The notes under the pieces are model-generated. The model saw only the letters and a program-made list of their open reading frames with translations. It was not told the origin of the DNA and did no database searches. Positions 50,750 through 62,036 of a DNA stretch of 64,000 nucleotides are shown in pieces. The stretch comes from Candidatus Hinthialibacteria bacterium OLB16. Its GTDB lineage: Bacteria > Hinthialibacterota > Hinthialibacteria > OLB16. Position 1 is the first letter of the stretch. Each line of letters starts with the position of its first letter. A program made the translations under genes and the position numbers. Location of the stretch: assembly GCA_001567115.1 (NCBI GenBank), contig LMZT01000020.1, forward strand, positions 17,651 through 81,650, given 5' to 3'.

Positions 50750-51994
50750 ATGGTGACCCTCCGCCCGATCTTTTCATTCCTGGTAAAATCGACATTCCTT
50801 CTCCTCTGCTGCCCGATCCTGTCCTTCGCGTTGGAAATCAAGCTGAACGAAAAGCCGATTTATCAGGAACCACCTGTCTTCGTGAAATCCTGCCCGAATG
50901 GAATCCTCGAAAAGGTGGGCGAAGGAGATGATACGATCCAGATCGTCCACCTCTGGGGAACCCCCAGAGAGATGGGAAAAGCCCATGGCGAGCTGTTCAA
51001 AGAGGAAATCGCCGAACACCTCAAAAACATCAGCGAAGCGATGGCGCGGGATATGGGCGCCGATCTTTCAATACTCGACCATGTCTGGGCAGCCGCCAAA
51101 CCTCATGTCAGCCCTTACTTCATTGAAGAAATGGAAGGCCTGGCCGAGGGGTGTGGTGTCGATGTTCAATCGGTGATTCGATCCAATATGATCGGTGAAG
51201 CCAGCGAGTGGCACTGTTCGCTGTTCGGCGCCTGGGGCAATGCAACAAAAGAAACCGGGCACCTGCTCCAGCTGCGGTCTCTCGATTACGAGGTCAATGC
51301 CGGCATCCAGAAATATCCGGTCATTTTTGTTTATCATCCGAATCCGGGCCAGGGTCATGCCTTTGCCAATTTCAGCTGGGCGGGAGTTATCGGGGCTGTG
51401 ACTGGAATCTCCTCCGAGCGCCTGGCGATCTCCGAAATCGGCGATGACTATGACAAAGCCAATGACACTTTCGATGGAATTCCCTTTGTTTTCCTCCTCC
51501 GTGACATCCTCCAGTTCGACCATTCCCTCGATGAAGCGACCAGCCGGATCAAAAATGCCAAACGCACCACCTCTCTGATGTATGCTGTCGGAGATGGTGA
51601 GATGGGGCAGGCGCGTGCTTATCAGACCTCGCACACTCTGTGCAATGTGTATGACCCCGCCAACCTGGAACCCCTGGTCGATACCCACCCCCGGATCGAT
51701 GATATCGTCTACTGGGGGATGAGCTGGAATGTGCCCGCATTCGACAAACCGCTCCATGACATGCTCCAGAAACATTATGGAAAGCTCAATGGCGAAGTCG
51801 TGGTCCGTGAAATCCTGCCCACAGTTCGCACCGGCAACCTTCAGGTGGCGGTGTATGATCTGACAGACATGGTGGTCTGGACTGCCAATGCCCGTGCCGA
51901 TGGTGAAAAAGGTCCACGCAATGCCTATGAACGCCAGTTTGTCAAAGTCGATATGAACAGCCTTTTCAACCGTGAAAAACCGACCCCTCAATGA
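50750..51994 (+). CDS. Secreted C45-family Ntn-hydrolase (autoproteolytic acyltransferase/hydrolase)
   Basis: Signal peptide, WGTPREMGKAHG, EEMEGLAEG, H|CSLFGAWG nucleophile and RSLDY. Confidence 0.85.
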   Translation: MVTLRPIFSFLVKSTFLLLCCPILSFALEIKLNEKPIYQEPPVFVKSCPNGILEKVGEGDDTIQIVHLWGTPREMGKAHGELFKEEIAEHLKNISEAMARDMGADLSILDHVWAAAKPHVSPYFIEEMEGLAEGCGVDVQSVIRSNMIGEASEWHCSLFGAWGNATKETGHLLQLRSLDYEVNAGIQKYPVIFVYHPNPGQGHAFANFSWAGVIGAVTGISSERLAISEIGDDYDKANDTFDGIPFVFLLRDILQFDHSLDEATSRIKNAKRTTSLMYAVGDGEMGQARAYQTSHTLCNVYDPANLEPLVDTHPRIDDIVYWGMSWNVPAFDKPLHDMLQKHYGKLNGEVVVREILPTVRTGNLQVAVYDLTDMVVWTANARADGEKGPRNAYERQFVKVDMNSLFNREKPTPQ

Positions 51995-52004
51995 CAGGAC
52001 TCCG

Positions 52005-52763
52005 ATGCGCCCGGCTCCAACATTAGCCCGGCTTCTCTGTGCCTCTTTCCTGCTGCTGATTCCTTCTTTCAGCCAGGCTGTGGAACTCGTTTACCTCAAA
52101 TCGGGCAGCACCCTGGTTGCCGAAGAGGTCCGCCAGAATGTAAAACAGACCGAGGCCCTGCTGATCTCCGGAACAAAAGTAATTATTGATAATGCAGATA
52201 TCGACCGGATTGCCACAGAAAGCACACCCCCAGTCGACCTTTCGAGAATTCAGATCGACCCGGAAAAAGCCCTGCCGGAAACCAAAGACCCCCTCGATTG
52301 GTGGCTGGATTACCGCACCCCGCCCGAAGAAACTATCTCAAAGCGAATTTTTCTGAGTTTCGAACAGCAGGTCGAACGAGGTGAGAAAAATCCCCTTGCG
52401 CGCAGCCTTGAGGATGTCAAATTCGCAAGAAAGAAGAGAGTCCCCCAGATTGAGTTTGCCGATTCGATCCTGTACCTGGGAATGGACCTGCAGTTCCATG
52501 ACACACCCGGCATCACCTTCGAGGAAGCTTATAAACGCCTTCGTGCCCTGGAGCAGGCCCCGGCTCTGCAGGAGGTCATTGACCTGATCGCCCAGGTGCG
52601 CCGTTCCGCCCGGGATCCCCGCAAGGAACAGATTATCGCTGCGGCGATCGAACTGAGAGACCGCCTGGATCCCTCTTTCCAGTATCAGATCCTCCAGATC
52701 GAAGGACAGGCTGCACAGGCTGAACGGGAACGCAGGGGAATCCACTCACTCCGTCGGCAGTAA
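52005..52763 (+). CDS. Secreted hypothetical protein
   Basis: Signal peptide (SQA|V), N-terminal VYLKSG...IDRI small beta module and a helical C-terminus. Confidence 0.65.
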   Translation: MRPAPTLARLLCASFLLLIPSFSQAVELVYLKSGSTLVAEEVRQNVKQTEALLISGTKVIIDNADIDRIATESTPPVDLSRIQIDPEKALPETKDPLDWWLDYRTPPEETISKRIFLSFEQQVERGEKNPLARSLEDVKFARKKRVPQIEFADSILYLGMDLQFHDTPGITFEEAYKRLRALEQAPALQEVIDLIAQVRRSARDPRKEQIIAAAIELRDRLDPSFQYQILQIEGQAAQAERERRGIHSLRRQ

Positions 52764-52779
52764 AACTCAACAGGACCCA

Positions 52780-54062
52780 TCAGTTCCCTCTGCTGAACAG
52801 GCCACGCAGCTTCCTGCGGGTGAAGTACTGCTGAGCGAAAACACGCGCCTTGATCTGGCGGATTTTTTCGGCACGCGCAAAGCGTTTCGGATTATCTCCG
52901 AGAAACCGGCATTCATCCGGCAGGAGCACCAGGCTGACATGGATGTTTGGAGCCAGTCCGATCGGCAGCCCTCTTTCCATGGTGGCGCTGTAAAGGCGTT
53001 CAAAGACAGGGAGCAGATCCTCTGAATTGGGAGGAGGGAACTCCTCCATATCGGTGCCTTCAGTGGCCGGAACACACACACAGTGGGGATCGCCCCGATC
53101 GAGGTCATCCAGTCGATGGCGCGGATCGAGGCCTCCGGCGGCTCCAGACCGACTATGATTTCACCATTGGCGACCCAGGGATTCTTCCAGGTCCCCTTCC
53201 GGGATAACTGGGCACAGTATTCCACAGCATCGAGGTAGCGCTGCAACCCATACTCACGGTTTTTCCCCGGGCATATCTTTTCGAAAGTGTCCTGATCGAA
53301 CAACTCGAAGCAGAATGACACCCGGTTCACTCCAATGGCCTGAAGGCGGTCGTATCGCGACAGATCATGGTGAGGCGGCGTCTGCACCCCGATGAACAGA
53401 TCGGTTTCGGCTTTGATCCTGCGGATCATGGGTTCGAGGATGTCGAGATAGGTTTCCCCTGTATAATGGCCGGTATTGAAATCAACATAGGTGATGCCTG
53501 TTTCCTCCCGGGCGGCATGGACCACATCCATGATGTCCTCGATGGTTTTATCGTCTGCGTCATCGTATCCCAGATTGAGGCCGACTGAGCAGAAACGGCA
53601 ATTAACCCGCGGCGATTCTTTCCAGTATTCACAAACCGCCGCTGGATAGATGGCCAGGTATGTCCCCTGCAGTGTCCCAATCCGGTCCATGCGTTTTCCT
53701 GAGCGCGATTGCTGATCATACCAGAGCGGGCGCGGGGCGATCCCCACCTCCACCAGCCTCTCCCCTTCGTAATGGACAAAATACCCATGCTGGTCGTGGA
53801 TCAGCTCATACGGGCTGTCGGCAGCGAATTCCTCCGTAACCGGGACATTGGTCCAGAGGTTTTCCGGGAGGATGAGCTCGATTCCGCTTCCCAACCCCGC
53901 ACGGGTCCGCAGGATGGGCCTTCCATGCGTATCTTTGGGTAAACACCCTTCCGACAGACGGATCCCTTTGCAATACAGATCCAGTTTCAACCAGGCGGGA
54001 TTTGTTCGATCGATCCCATTTCCATTCACGCAGCTTTTCATGGTTTGAAAACTCCCAGTCAC
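52780..54062 (-). CDS. Radical SAM protein (biotin-synthase-like clade; frameshift near 53058)
   Basis: CEYWKESPRVNCRFC, CPGK, IIVGLE and FRPL; corrected C-terminus in ORF 52780..53079. Confidence 0.85.
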
Positions 54063-54206
54063 CTGTTCATGGCATCGGGTTATTTTACCTTACTTTTGCC
54101 GCCGAGGGCACCTCTTCCCAAGGTTGCCGATTCGCATATCATCACCCCCTTGTTGATTGATGATTGGAGTCTGAAGGATATAATTCCTGGAAGGAGCAAG
54201 ACCAGC

Positions 54207-55325
54207 GTGTTTGAAGAACAGCAGCAGATGGCGAAAGCCTCTTATCACGGGTGACCGAACTCGGAGGCCGTCTTTGACGTTGCCGGAAAACGGCAGCGCC
54301 TTTCCGAACTCGAAGCCTTCCTCGAACAACCGGATGTCTGGGGAAATCCCGCCAAAGCACAGGAAATCGGACGTCAGACCAAACGCCTCAAAGATGAAAT
54401 CAACCGCCATTCCGGTATCAATGGCCGTGTCCATGACCTTCTCGCCCTGATCGAAATCGCTGAGGAGGAAGGCGCCGAGTCTGAGGCCCCTGAAATCGAC
54501 AGAGAACTGAATCAGATCTCGGAATCGGTCGATTCGTATGAACTCGAGTGCACCCTTTCCGGGGAGCACGATGCCGAAAACTGTTATCTCACGATCCATC
54601 CCGGGGCGGGTGGCACCGAGTCCTGCGACTGGGCTGATATGCTTCTCCGGATGTACCTTCGTTATTTTGAACTGCGGGGCTACAGCATCGAAGTCATCGA
54701 CCACCAGCCGGGAGATGAAGCCGGAGTGAAAAATGTCACTCTATGGGTTAAAGGGGATTATGCCTTTGGAAGGCTTCGGGCCGAGCATGGCATTCACCGG
54801 CTGGTGCGGATTTCCCCCTTCGATTCCCAGAGCCGCCGCCATACATCCTTTACCTCGATCTCTGTGGTGCCGGAAATCGATGATGACATTGAAATAGAGA
54901 TCGATGAAAAGGATTTGCGGGTCGACACCTATCGATCCAGCGGTGCGGGCGGCCAGCATGTCAACAAAACTGATTCGGCTGTCCGTCTGACCCACCTTCC
55001 CACAGGAATCGTGGTGTGCTGCCAGAATGAGCGCTCTCAGCACAAGAACCGTGCAACCGCCATGAAGGTTCTCCGTTCCAAACTGTACGAACTTCAGATC
55101 AAGGAGCAGGAGGAGCGTCTTGCCGCAGCCAGTGATGAGAAAAAGGAGATCGCCTGGGGGCACCAGATCCGTTCCTATGTTTTTCACCCCTATAACCTTG
55201 TCAAAGATCATCGTTCGGGGTATGAAACAAGCAATGTCAGCGGGGTCATGGATGGAAACCTGGATCCATTCATTGAATCTTACCTTCGCTGGCGCTTGGG
55301 AAAGGTTGTCCAGCAGGAACCCTGA
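54207..55325 (+). CDS. prfB: Peptide chain release factor 2 (programmed +1 frameshift, plus one extra indel near 54238)
   Basis: GAGGTESCDWA, HRLVRISPFD (SPF), GAGGQHVN and WGHQIRSY; GTG start at 54207 after AAGGAG. Confidence 0.95.
54263..54278 (+). promoter_or_regulatory. RF2 autoregulatory +1 frameshift cassette
   Basis: GGA GGC CGT CTT TGA C: an internal SD-like GGAGG followed by CTT-TGA-C. The +1 frame from 54276 is in frame with the main prfB ORF. Confidence 0.92.
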
Positions 55326-55565
55326 GAAGCCTGTTCTCCTCCATTCTGCTGATTTTTACATGCCAGGAATCATTAACTGAAAAACAGGCTTGAGATTCAG
55401 TGGCCATTTTATCCGGATGTGGATAGAATAGATTGTGGTCGGAGGGTGTGGGAAATTTTATCCGTATTGTTTTCGATAATCCGTTTCATTCTCACCCCTC
55501 CACCACCTTGTTTTGTTCGAAATCCGCCATCTCAGCCACCCAGTTGACACAGGCATACCCTCCTC

Positions 55566-56624
55566 ATGCGTGTCGATGATTTTGATTACCCTCTTCCTGA
55601 GGAACTGATAGCGGATCGCCCTCCCCAAAATCGCGCAGATTCCCGGCTGATGCTGGTGAACCGTGAAAAGAGCACGATCGAGCACCACTCCTTTCGGGAT
55701 CTTCCAAGGCTTCTGCAGGCCGGAGATGTCCTTGTCTTCAATCACTCACGGGTCATACCCGCCAGATTATTCGGAACCAAACGTGGCGGGGGAGCCAGAA
55801 TAGAAATTCTTCTTCTGGAAGAAAAAGGGGATCACTGCTGGGAGGCTCTGGCCCAAAGAGCCATCCGCCTCAATCCGGGAACCTGCATCGATTTCACGGA
55901 TGGGGATTGCTGCCATGTGGCGGAAGTCCTTGGTGAAGGGCGGTTTATTCTTCGATTCTCTTTCCAGGGAACCTGGCTGGATTTCCTGAACCGGGTCGGT
56001 TCAGTTCCCATACCACCCTACATCCTGAAACAACGGGAAAAGTTACCGGCAGAAGAACAGCGTGCTCTGGCGGAGATCGATCGAGAGCGTTACCAGACCG
56101 AGTTTGCGGAGATTCCCGGTTCTGCTGCTGCTCCTACTGCCGGGCTGCATTTCGACCAACCCCTTCTGGCTGAATTGCGGACTCAGGGGCTTCAGCTGGC
56201 CAGTGTGGTCCTTCATGTCGGCCTGGACACCTTTTCTCCGGTAGTGGTTGAGCAGGTGGAAGATCATAAAATGAAAAGCGAGTGGTGTTACTGCCCCGGA
56301 GAAACTGCACAGCTCATAGAAGAAACATCCAGAAGGAATGCTTCCCGTGTTATTGCTGTTGGAACAACCTCATGCCGAGCTATAGAGGCCTGTGCCCGCC
56401 TGGAATGGCCCGCCGACCCAATCCGGACCGCCCTGTTCATCAAACCGGGCGACCCTTTTCTCGTGACAGAGGGCCTGTTGACTAATTTCCACCTGCCGAA
56501 AAGCACTCTCTTGATGCTGGTTTCGGCGTTTATGGGGAATGACCTTCGAAAAAGAGCGTATGAGGCCGCTGTGAAAGAGAAATACCGCTTCTATAGTTAC
56601 GGCGATGCCATGCTGATTATATAG
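55566..56624 (+). CDS. queA: S-adenosylmethionine:tRNA ribosyltransferase-isomerase
   Basis: FDYPLPEELIA, IPPYI, RYQT, AAPTAGLHF, LHVG, TNFHLP and YRFYSYGDAM. Confidence 0.97.
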   Translation: MRVDDFDYPLPEELIADRPPQNRADSRLMLVNREKSTIEHHSFRDLPRLLQAGDVLVFNHSRVIPARLFGTKRGGGARIEILLLEEKGDHCWEALAQRAIRLNPGTCIDFTDGDCCHVAEVLGEGRFILRFSFQGTWLDFLNRVGSVPIPPYILKQREKLPAEEQRALAEIDRERYQTEFAEIPGSAAAPTAGLHFDQPLLAELRTQGLQLASVVLHVGLDTFSPVVVEQVEDHKMKSEWCYCPGETAQLIEETSRRNASRVIAVGTTSCRAIEACARLEWPADPIRTALFIKPGDPFLVTEGLLTNFHLPKSTLLMLVSAFMGNDLRKRAYEAAVKEKYRFYSYGDAMLII

Positions 56625-56768
56625 GTCATTGAAAAACCTGAGGCTGATTTCTGATCTTCCCTGCTGTGATGCTCACATAGAAATGTCCAGCCGTGGCTGT
56701 TAAGAGAATAGCGGTTTTTCAAATATGACGCGAAGTCTTGCGTTTCATTTCCTGAAGGGAGTTTGTTT

Positions 56769-57911
56769 ATGAACAGAATCTTATCCGGTGTTCCTCAATT
56801 CCTCATATTCCTTTTTCTCGTCACACTCACAAGAACGGGCATGATGGCTCAGGAAACCCCATCGACAAAACCCTCCCTCCGTGATGTCGTTGGCATCAAC
56901 CATATCAACTCCATCTACCATCTGACAGAAGAAGACTACATCAATGAAGGCGCGGACAGGATCCTTGAGCTCGGCAGCCGGGTTATCAAACTCATCATCC
57001 GGGATCATCTGGAAAAATATTACTCCTTCAATTCCGAATGGCCTGAAATCACGAGCCTGGTTCAGGCTGCCGAGACGCCCATCTTCCAGAAAGTCTTCGC
57101 TAAACCATTCACCACCTATGTGCTGATGACCTTCACTCCGGGGCACGATATCCACTATTTCACCAATGGCATGACGGCGGAGGATGTAGAGCGCGAACGA
57201 AAGGCCTGTTACGATTTCACCAGGTATCTGCTCACCCGTTACAAGGGCACGGGGAAGACCTTTGTCCTCCAGAACTGGGAGGGAGACTGGGTGCTGACCC
57301 CACCTCCCCTCGATATGGAAAAGAAACCGGATCCGAAGGCCATACAGGGAATGATTGACTGGCTCAATGCACGCCAGGATGGTGTGCAGCAGGCTCGCGA
57401 TGAGGTTGGCATGGAGGGGGTGAGGGTTTTTCATGCAGCCGAGGTGAATCTGGTCGAGAAAGCCTGGCTGGGGCATCCCACTGTGACCAATGATGTGCTG
57501 CCAAAAACCCACTGTGATCTGTATTCATATTCAGCCTATGACACCATGGCGCAAAGCGAGGAGAAATTCCGTAAAGCGCTGAATTATCTCGAAGAGAAGT
57601 CTCCGGACAGTGCTGCTTTCGGATCGAAAAACATTTATGTGGGTGAGTTCGGCTGGCCGGAAAACCTGGTTGGGGAAGAGAAGCGTGCGGAGATGATACG
57701 GTATACCGTCGAAACCTCCCTGGAACTCGGTGCACGCTATATCCTCTTCTGGGAGCTCTACTGCGATGGCCTCAAAGCCCCGGTCGAGGGACGCCCCATC
57801 GGGAATGCCGACATGGCGGGCAACTGGCTCCTGCGCCCGGATGGAACCAAGTCGGCTGCATGGAATTATTTCGAAGCTCTCTATAAAAATGATGATGCCA
57901 TTAACAAATAG
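56769..57911 (+). CDS. Secreted hypothetical protein, probable clan GH-A TIM-barrel
   Basis: Signal peptide, QNWEGDW, YSYSAYD, IYVGEFG and LFWELY. Confidence 0.6.
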   Translation: MNRILSGVPQFLIFLFLVTLTRTGMMAQETPSTKPSLRDVVGINHINSIYHLTEEDYINEGADRILELGSRVIKLIIRDHLEKYYSFNSEWPEITSLVQAAETPIFQKVFAKPFTTYVLMTFTPGHDIHYFTNGMTAEDVERERKACYDFTRYLLTRYKGTGKTFVLQNWEGDWVLTPPPLDMEKKPDPKAIQGMIDWLNARQDGVQQARDEVGMEGVRVFHAAEVNLVEKAWLGHPTVTNDVLPKTHCDLYSYSAYDTMAQSEEKFRKALNYLEEKSPDSAAFGSKNIYVGEFGWPENLVGEEKRAEMIRYTVETSLELGARYILFWELYCDGLKAPVEGRPIGNADMAGNWLLRPDGTKSAAWNYFEALYKNDDAINK

Positions 57912-58178
57912 GATGTTAGATTCATTAAGCAATGAGATCTGAGCCGGTCCTGCTTATCTCACAGAACAATGTTGCTGTGGCTCGATCAGAATCTGCTGAC
58001 AAGCCTGATGTCGATCACTGGAGGATACTTCACGACCCTTGCGGGGGCCTCATTTTCGAATTAAAGTCAATTTTATCGGCACTGATAAAGTGCTCTGGCG
58101 CCCGCCAGCCTATCAGAACAGAAATCTGCCGAATAACGACAACGCACCAGGATCCGGTGCAGGAGGAAAATCTCAACT

Positions 58179-58784
58179 ATGGCTCATGTACTGCCCGATT
58201 TACCGTACTCCTTTGATGCCCTCGAACCGCATATCGATGCCACCACCATGCAGATTCATCATGGGAAGCATCACGCCACTTATGTCGCCTCTCTCAACAC
58301 GGCGCTAGAGGGGCTGGATTCACTCGCTGCCCTTTCCGTTGAAGATCTTCTGCGCAAAATCAAGGATGTTCCAGAAGCCAAACGGCAGGCAGTCACCAAT
58401 CATGGTGGCGGCCATGCCAATCACACCCTTTTCTGGAAAATTATGGGTCCTGGCAAAGGGGGAGCACCTAAAGGCGACCTGGCATCAGCCATCAATGGCG
58501 CTTTTGGAACCTTCGAGACATTAAAGGAAAAGTTTGAAGCAGCCGCAAAAACCCGTTTCGGAAGCGGCTGGGCCTGGCTGGTTAAAAATAAGGATAACTC
58601 ACTGGAAGTCCTGAGCACCGCCAACCAGGATTCTCCCCTGATGAATGGGCAGACACCAATCCTCGGGTTGGATGTCTGGGAGCACGCCTATTATCTCAAA
58701 TACCAGAATCGCCGCCCGGACTATATTTCCGCCTGGTGGAATGTGGTTAACTGGGATGAAGTAGCAGCGCGTCTCAAGGCTTAA
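58179..58784 (+). CDS. sodA: Superoxide dismutase, Mn-type signature
   Basis: [30 protein letters not shown] and DVWEHAYY. Confidence 0.95.
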   Translation: MAHVLPDLPYSFDALEPHIDATTMQIHHGKHHATYVASLNTALEGLDSLAALSVEDLLRKIKDVPEAKRQAVTNHGGGHANHTLFWKIMGPGKGGAPKGDLASAINGAFGTFETLKEKFEAAAKTRFGSGWAWLVKNKDNSLEVLSTANQDSPLMNGQTPILGLDVWEHAYYLKYQNRRPDYISAWWNVVNWDEVAARLKA

Positions 58785-58791
58785 TTACCGT

Positions 58792-60253
58792 TCAGCTTCC
58801 GGTCCCCCAGCCACTGTCCGGCCTGGGGGGCCGGGCATCGATCACTCCTGCCGTTTTGTTTCCATCGTTCTTCATGATAATCCCCCGGCTGTGTGCTGCC
58901 AGCACCCCATACACGCACCATATCCAGCCTTGGGGGGCGTATCTGGTTCTGCTGTGCGAATTCGGCCAGCTGTTTCTGAAGCTCTTCCGGTTCCTGGCTT
59001 TCGAGGTCATCCACCCGTTTGATTCCTGCCATCTGAAGCAACCGCCCATGACGCGAGCCAATCCCTTTGAAAGACAGCAGCCCGGCTTCATCCAGCAGGG
59101 CATTGAACTGGGCTGTTTCCATCCCTGTTGCTCCGCGAATCTCCTCACGCCTTTCGGGATCCTTTGCCTCTCGGAGAAGTTGAATCGGCCTTTCAATGCC
59201 TTCTTTCTCGAGGGCCTCACAGGATGGAGCGGACAACAGGGACAAATCACTCAGATCAAGCCGTTCCGATGCGATATTGACTGACCAGACACCCTGCAGC
59301 ACCAGAATTGCGAATAGAATCTGCACCGGAATCGACCAAACGAACACTGTCCGGGAAAAAGAGGGAGTCTGTGGAAGCTCATAGCCAAGGTCATCTGGAT
59401 GTTCCCAGCTTTGATTATTGAAAAAGGATCGTGCCAGCAGGGCATACACAGTCAGCCCATCCAGAACAAGCGCCGGAAATCCAAGAAATCCGAGCAGCGG
59501 CATCTCGAACAGCTTGAAATTCTCCAGCCCGCGAACTGTGTAAATCCACTTCTGCGGGGCGAAGAAATTCATGCTCTCCCAGAATCCTCCACAGATCAGG
59601 CCCGCCAGCAGGAAACGCAGCACCATGCCGTAGTCCCTGACCTCAAAGTCCCGCAGGATCGAACGTGAGTTGCGACGGTAGTTAATCGGATCCAGCAGAA
59701 ATGAAACACTCCCCCACACCAGTGGGGCCAGATACTTCGGAAAGACCAGCGACAATGTCACCATGGTCAATCCGACCAGCTGCACCGCATAGCTGACCCA
59801 AACAGGGAATTGGGTTGGAGTTTTTCGCAGTTTTTTCCAGATACCAGTGGCAGTCAGTGCTTCATACGACTCGAACATCCCGATCATGACAGTCGCGAAA
59901 CAGACAAACGAAAAAACTACCCGGCCATAATAGTTTTTGTAGACCCCGACATAATACCAGTTCTGATATCGCAGGTTCAAAAGCTCGAAAAAGTACCAGA
60001 AACTCACTGACCAGATGAGAAGAGCGGGAACATAGCGGTACCGGGTGGTCAACAGTGAATTGCCACGGCGGACTGCTGTGAATCCATCCAGAACGAGGAT
60101 ATACCCCCACCAGGCAAACGCATAAAAGGGCTGAGCGATCCAGCCGATATCAAACCACAATCCCCAGCATCCCACTGAAAAAGTGGCAATCCCGCCGGCA
60201 ATGAGAAATTTTCCGGCCAGCCGGGCCTTTCTTTCGTTCATATTTTCGTTCAT
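58792..60253 (-). CDS. Multi-TM membrane protein with C-terminal DUF4332-like HhH domain (frameshift near 58906)
   Basis: Repeated FELLN..QNWYY / WESMN..KWIY..FEMPLLGFLGF membrane modules, then FKGIG..HGRLLQMAGI..L..V..W. Confidence 0.7.
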
Positions 60254-60262
60254 TTCATCGAT

Positions 60263-61129
60263 TTATTCGGTTAAGTCCTGGTAATGAAACTGAACCAGGC
60301 CTGTTCCCATTATTGCAAGAGTGTAGATCAGCACCAATACCGCCCGCGGAATGATCTCACCCCACTCAATCGCAGGATAGAAGACATACATCCAGGATTC
60401 CATGGCGGTCGTAAAGAGATAAGGCTGAATCCGGCTGAACAGCGACAGCCATTCGATATTTCCAAGCCCCTGCAGGACATAACTGCCATAAAAAATCAGC
60501 AGGCTGGTGGCCATGGCGGTGTGGGTCTGATGGAACAGAAGGCTGCAGTAGAAGGCGATTGCCCCGGTCGGCAGCAGGAGAAATGTGAGCACCAGTGAGG
60601 TTATAAAGAGGCGGTAAATGCCGGTCTCGAAGGACAGTATCGTGCTTTTGTACTCATCCAGCAGATCGAAAATCCTTGGCGATGACAGGAAATCATGTGC
60701 CCCGAAAAGCACACACCCCACCAGGAAAGTGAACCCGACAAAAAACAGCACCACTGCCAGCAAGGCCAGCGTTGAGACCAGGAATTTCCCGAGAAAAAGT
60801 GACCAGCGTGAGACAGGGCGAGACAGTATTCCGAACAGGGTCCCTTGGGAACGTTCCCCGGCAATCTGGCCGGCAAAGATCATGGCTGTCAGGATCGGGA
60901 GAAAGAGGTAATAGCAGGAATTGACAATCAGGCGGGTGGAGTTGATCGAATTGAGAACCAGCTCCATGTCAAAATCCCCACGCCGTGCAATGGCAGTCAG
61001 CGGGTTGCGGCCCTGATAACGGAACCCAACCTGAAGGAAGAGGGAAAATAAGGCCAGGCCGGCCACACCCAGGGCCAGTTTCCTCTGGTGGATCATTTTA
61101 TAGATCTCAATCCGCAGGATCTGCATCAC
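60263..61129 (-). CDS. ABC-2 type transporter permease
   Basis: IEIYKM, AGERSQGTL..ILSRPVSR..LFLGKF and six TM helices. Confidence 0.9.
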   Translation of the reverse strand: MMQILRIEIYKMIHQRKLALGVAGLALFSLFLQVGFRYQGRNPLTAIARRGDFDMELVLNSINSTRLIVNSCYYLFLPILTAMIFAGQIAGERSQGTLFGILSRPVSRWSLFLGKFLVSTLALLAVVLFFVGFTFLVGCVLFGAHDFLSSPRIFDLLDEYKSTILSFETGIYRLFITSLVLTFLLLPTGAIAFYCSLLFHQTHTAMATSLLIFYGSYVLQGLGNIEWLSLFSRIQPYLFTTAMESWMYVFYPAIEWGEIIPRAVLVLIYTLAIMGTGLVQFHYQDLTE

Positions 61130-62036
61130 ACGGTTTCTCCTGCTTTCTGGTGAGAATGAAAAACATGTCTTCCAATCCGGCTTTGTGTCTTTCGATTTGA
61201 AAGACCGAAAATCCCTGGCTTACAAGGAATTCATTCACAATGGCGGCCTCCTGATCGGTTTTGGCGCGCACCTTGATGCATCCATTGGCCCCCGGCTGAA
61301 CCTTGAAGTTCCGTTCGATCAGAGCCTGGTGAGCCTTTTGAGGTTCGCTGCATCCGACCAGAATATCCTCTTCCTGCTCGAGCAGGGGAGTCACAGGGCC
61401 TTCATAACGCATCCTTCCATCATGGATGATGCCGACACGATGGCAAACCTGCTCGATTTCATGGAGACGGTGGCTGCTGATCAGGATGGTCACTCCCTCC
61501 TGAGACAGTGTTTTGAGGATTTCCCGCAGGTTTCGAATCCAGAGAGGGTCCAGCCCATTCTGTGGTTCATCGAGGATGAGCAGCCGGTTTTCCGGAAGGA
61601 GAGCCTGGGCAATGCCCACCCTCTGTTTCTGCCCATGGGACAGAGTCCCGGCTGCTTTGGCGCGCATCTCGGAGAGTCCCAGCAGTGAAAGAGCACGGTC
61701 CACCTGGCTTCGATGAACGTCCCCGCTCAATCGGGCGAACAGGCGCAGGTTCTGCTCGACTGAAAGGTGGCCATATAAACAGGGGTTGTCCAGCATAGCC
61801 CCAACTCCATGAAGGGCGGTTCCAGACCCTGTTCGTACCGCCTGGCCGTTAATGAATGCTTCCCCGCGATCCGGCCAGATCAACCCCAGAATCATCCGGA
61901 TCGTGGTGCTTTTGCCAGCGCCATTCTCTCCAAGGAAGCCATAAATTTCGCCGCAGGGGATAGTCAGATCCAGATCCTGGACAGCCGCCCGGGATCCATA
62001 CAGCTTTGTGAGACCATGCGCCTCAATTGCGTTCAT
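61107..62036 (-). CDS. ABC exporter ATP-binding protein
   Basis: GENGAGKST, LSHGQKQR, ILDEPQNGLDP, SSH and LEDMF. Confidence 0.95.
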   Translation of the reverse strand: MNAIEAHGLTKLYGSRAAVQDLDLTIPCGEIYGFLGENGAGKSTTIRMILGLIWPDRGEAFINGQAVRTGSGTALHGVGAMLDNPCLYGHLSVEQNLRLFARLSGDVHRSQVDRALSLLGLSEMRAKAAGTLSHGQKQRVGIAQALLPENRLLILDEPQNGLDPLWIRNLREILKTLSQEGVTILISSHRLHEIEQVCHRVGIIHDGRMRYEGPVTPLLEQEEDILVGCSEPQKAHQALIERNFKVQPGANGCIKVRAKTDQEAAIVNEFLVSQGFSVFQIERHKAGLEDMFFILTRKQEKPCDADPAD

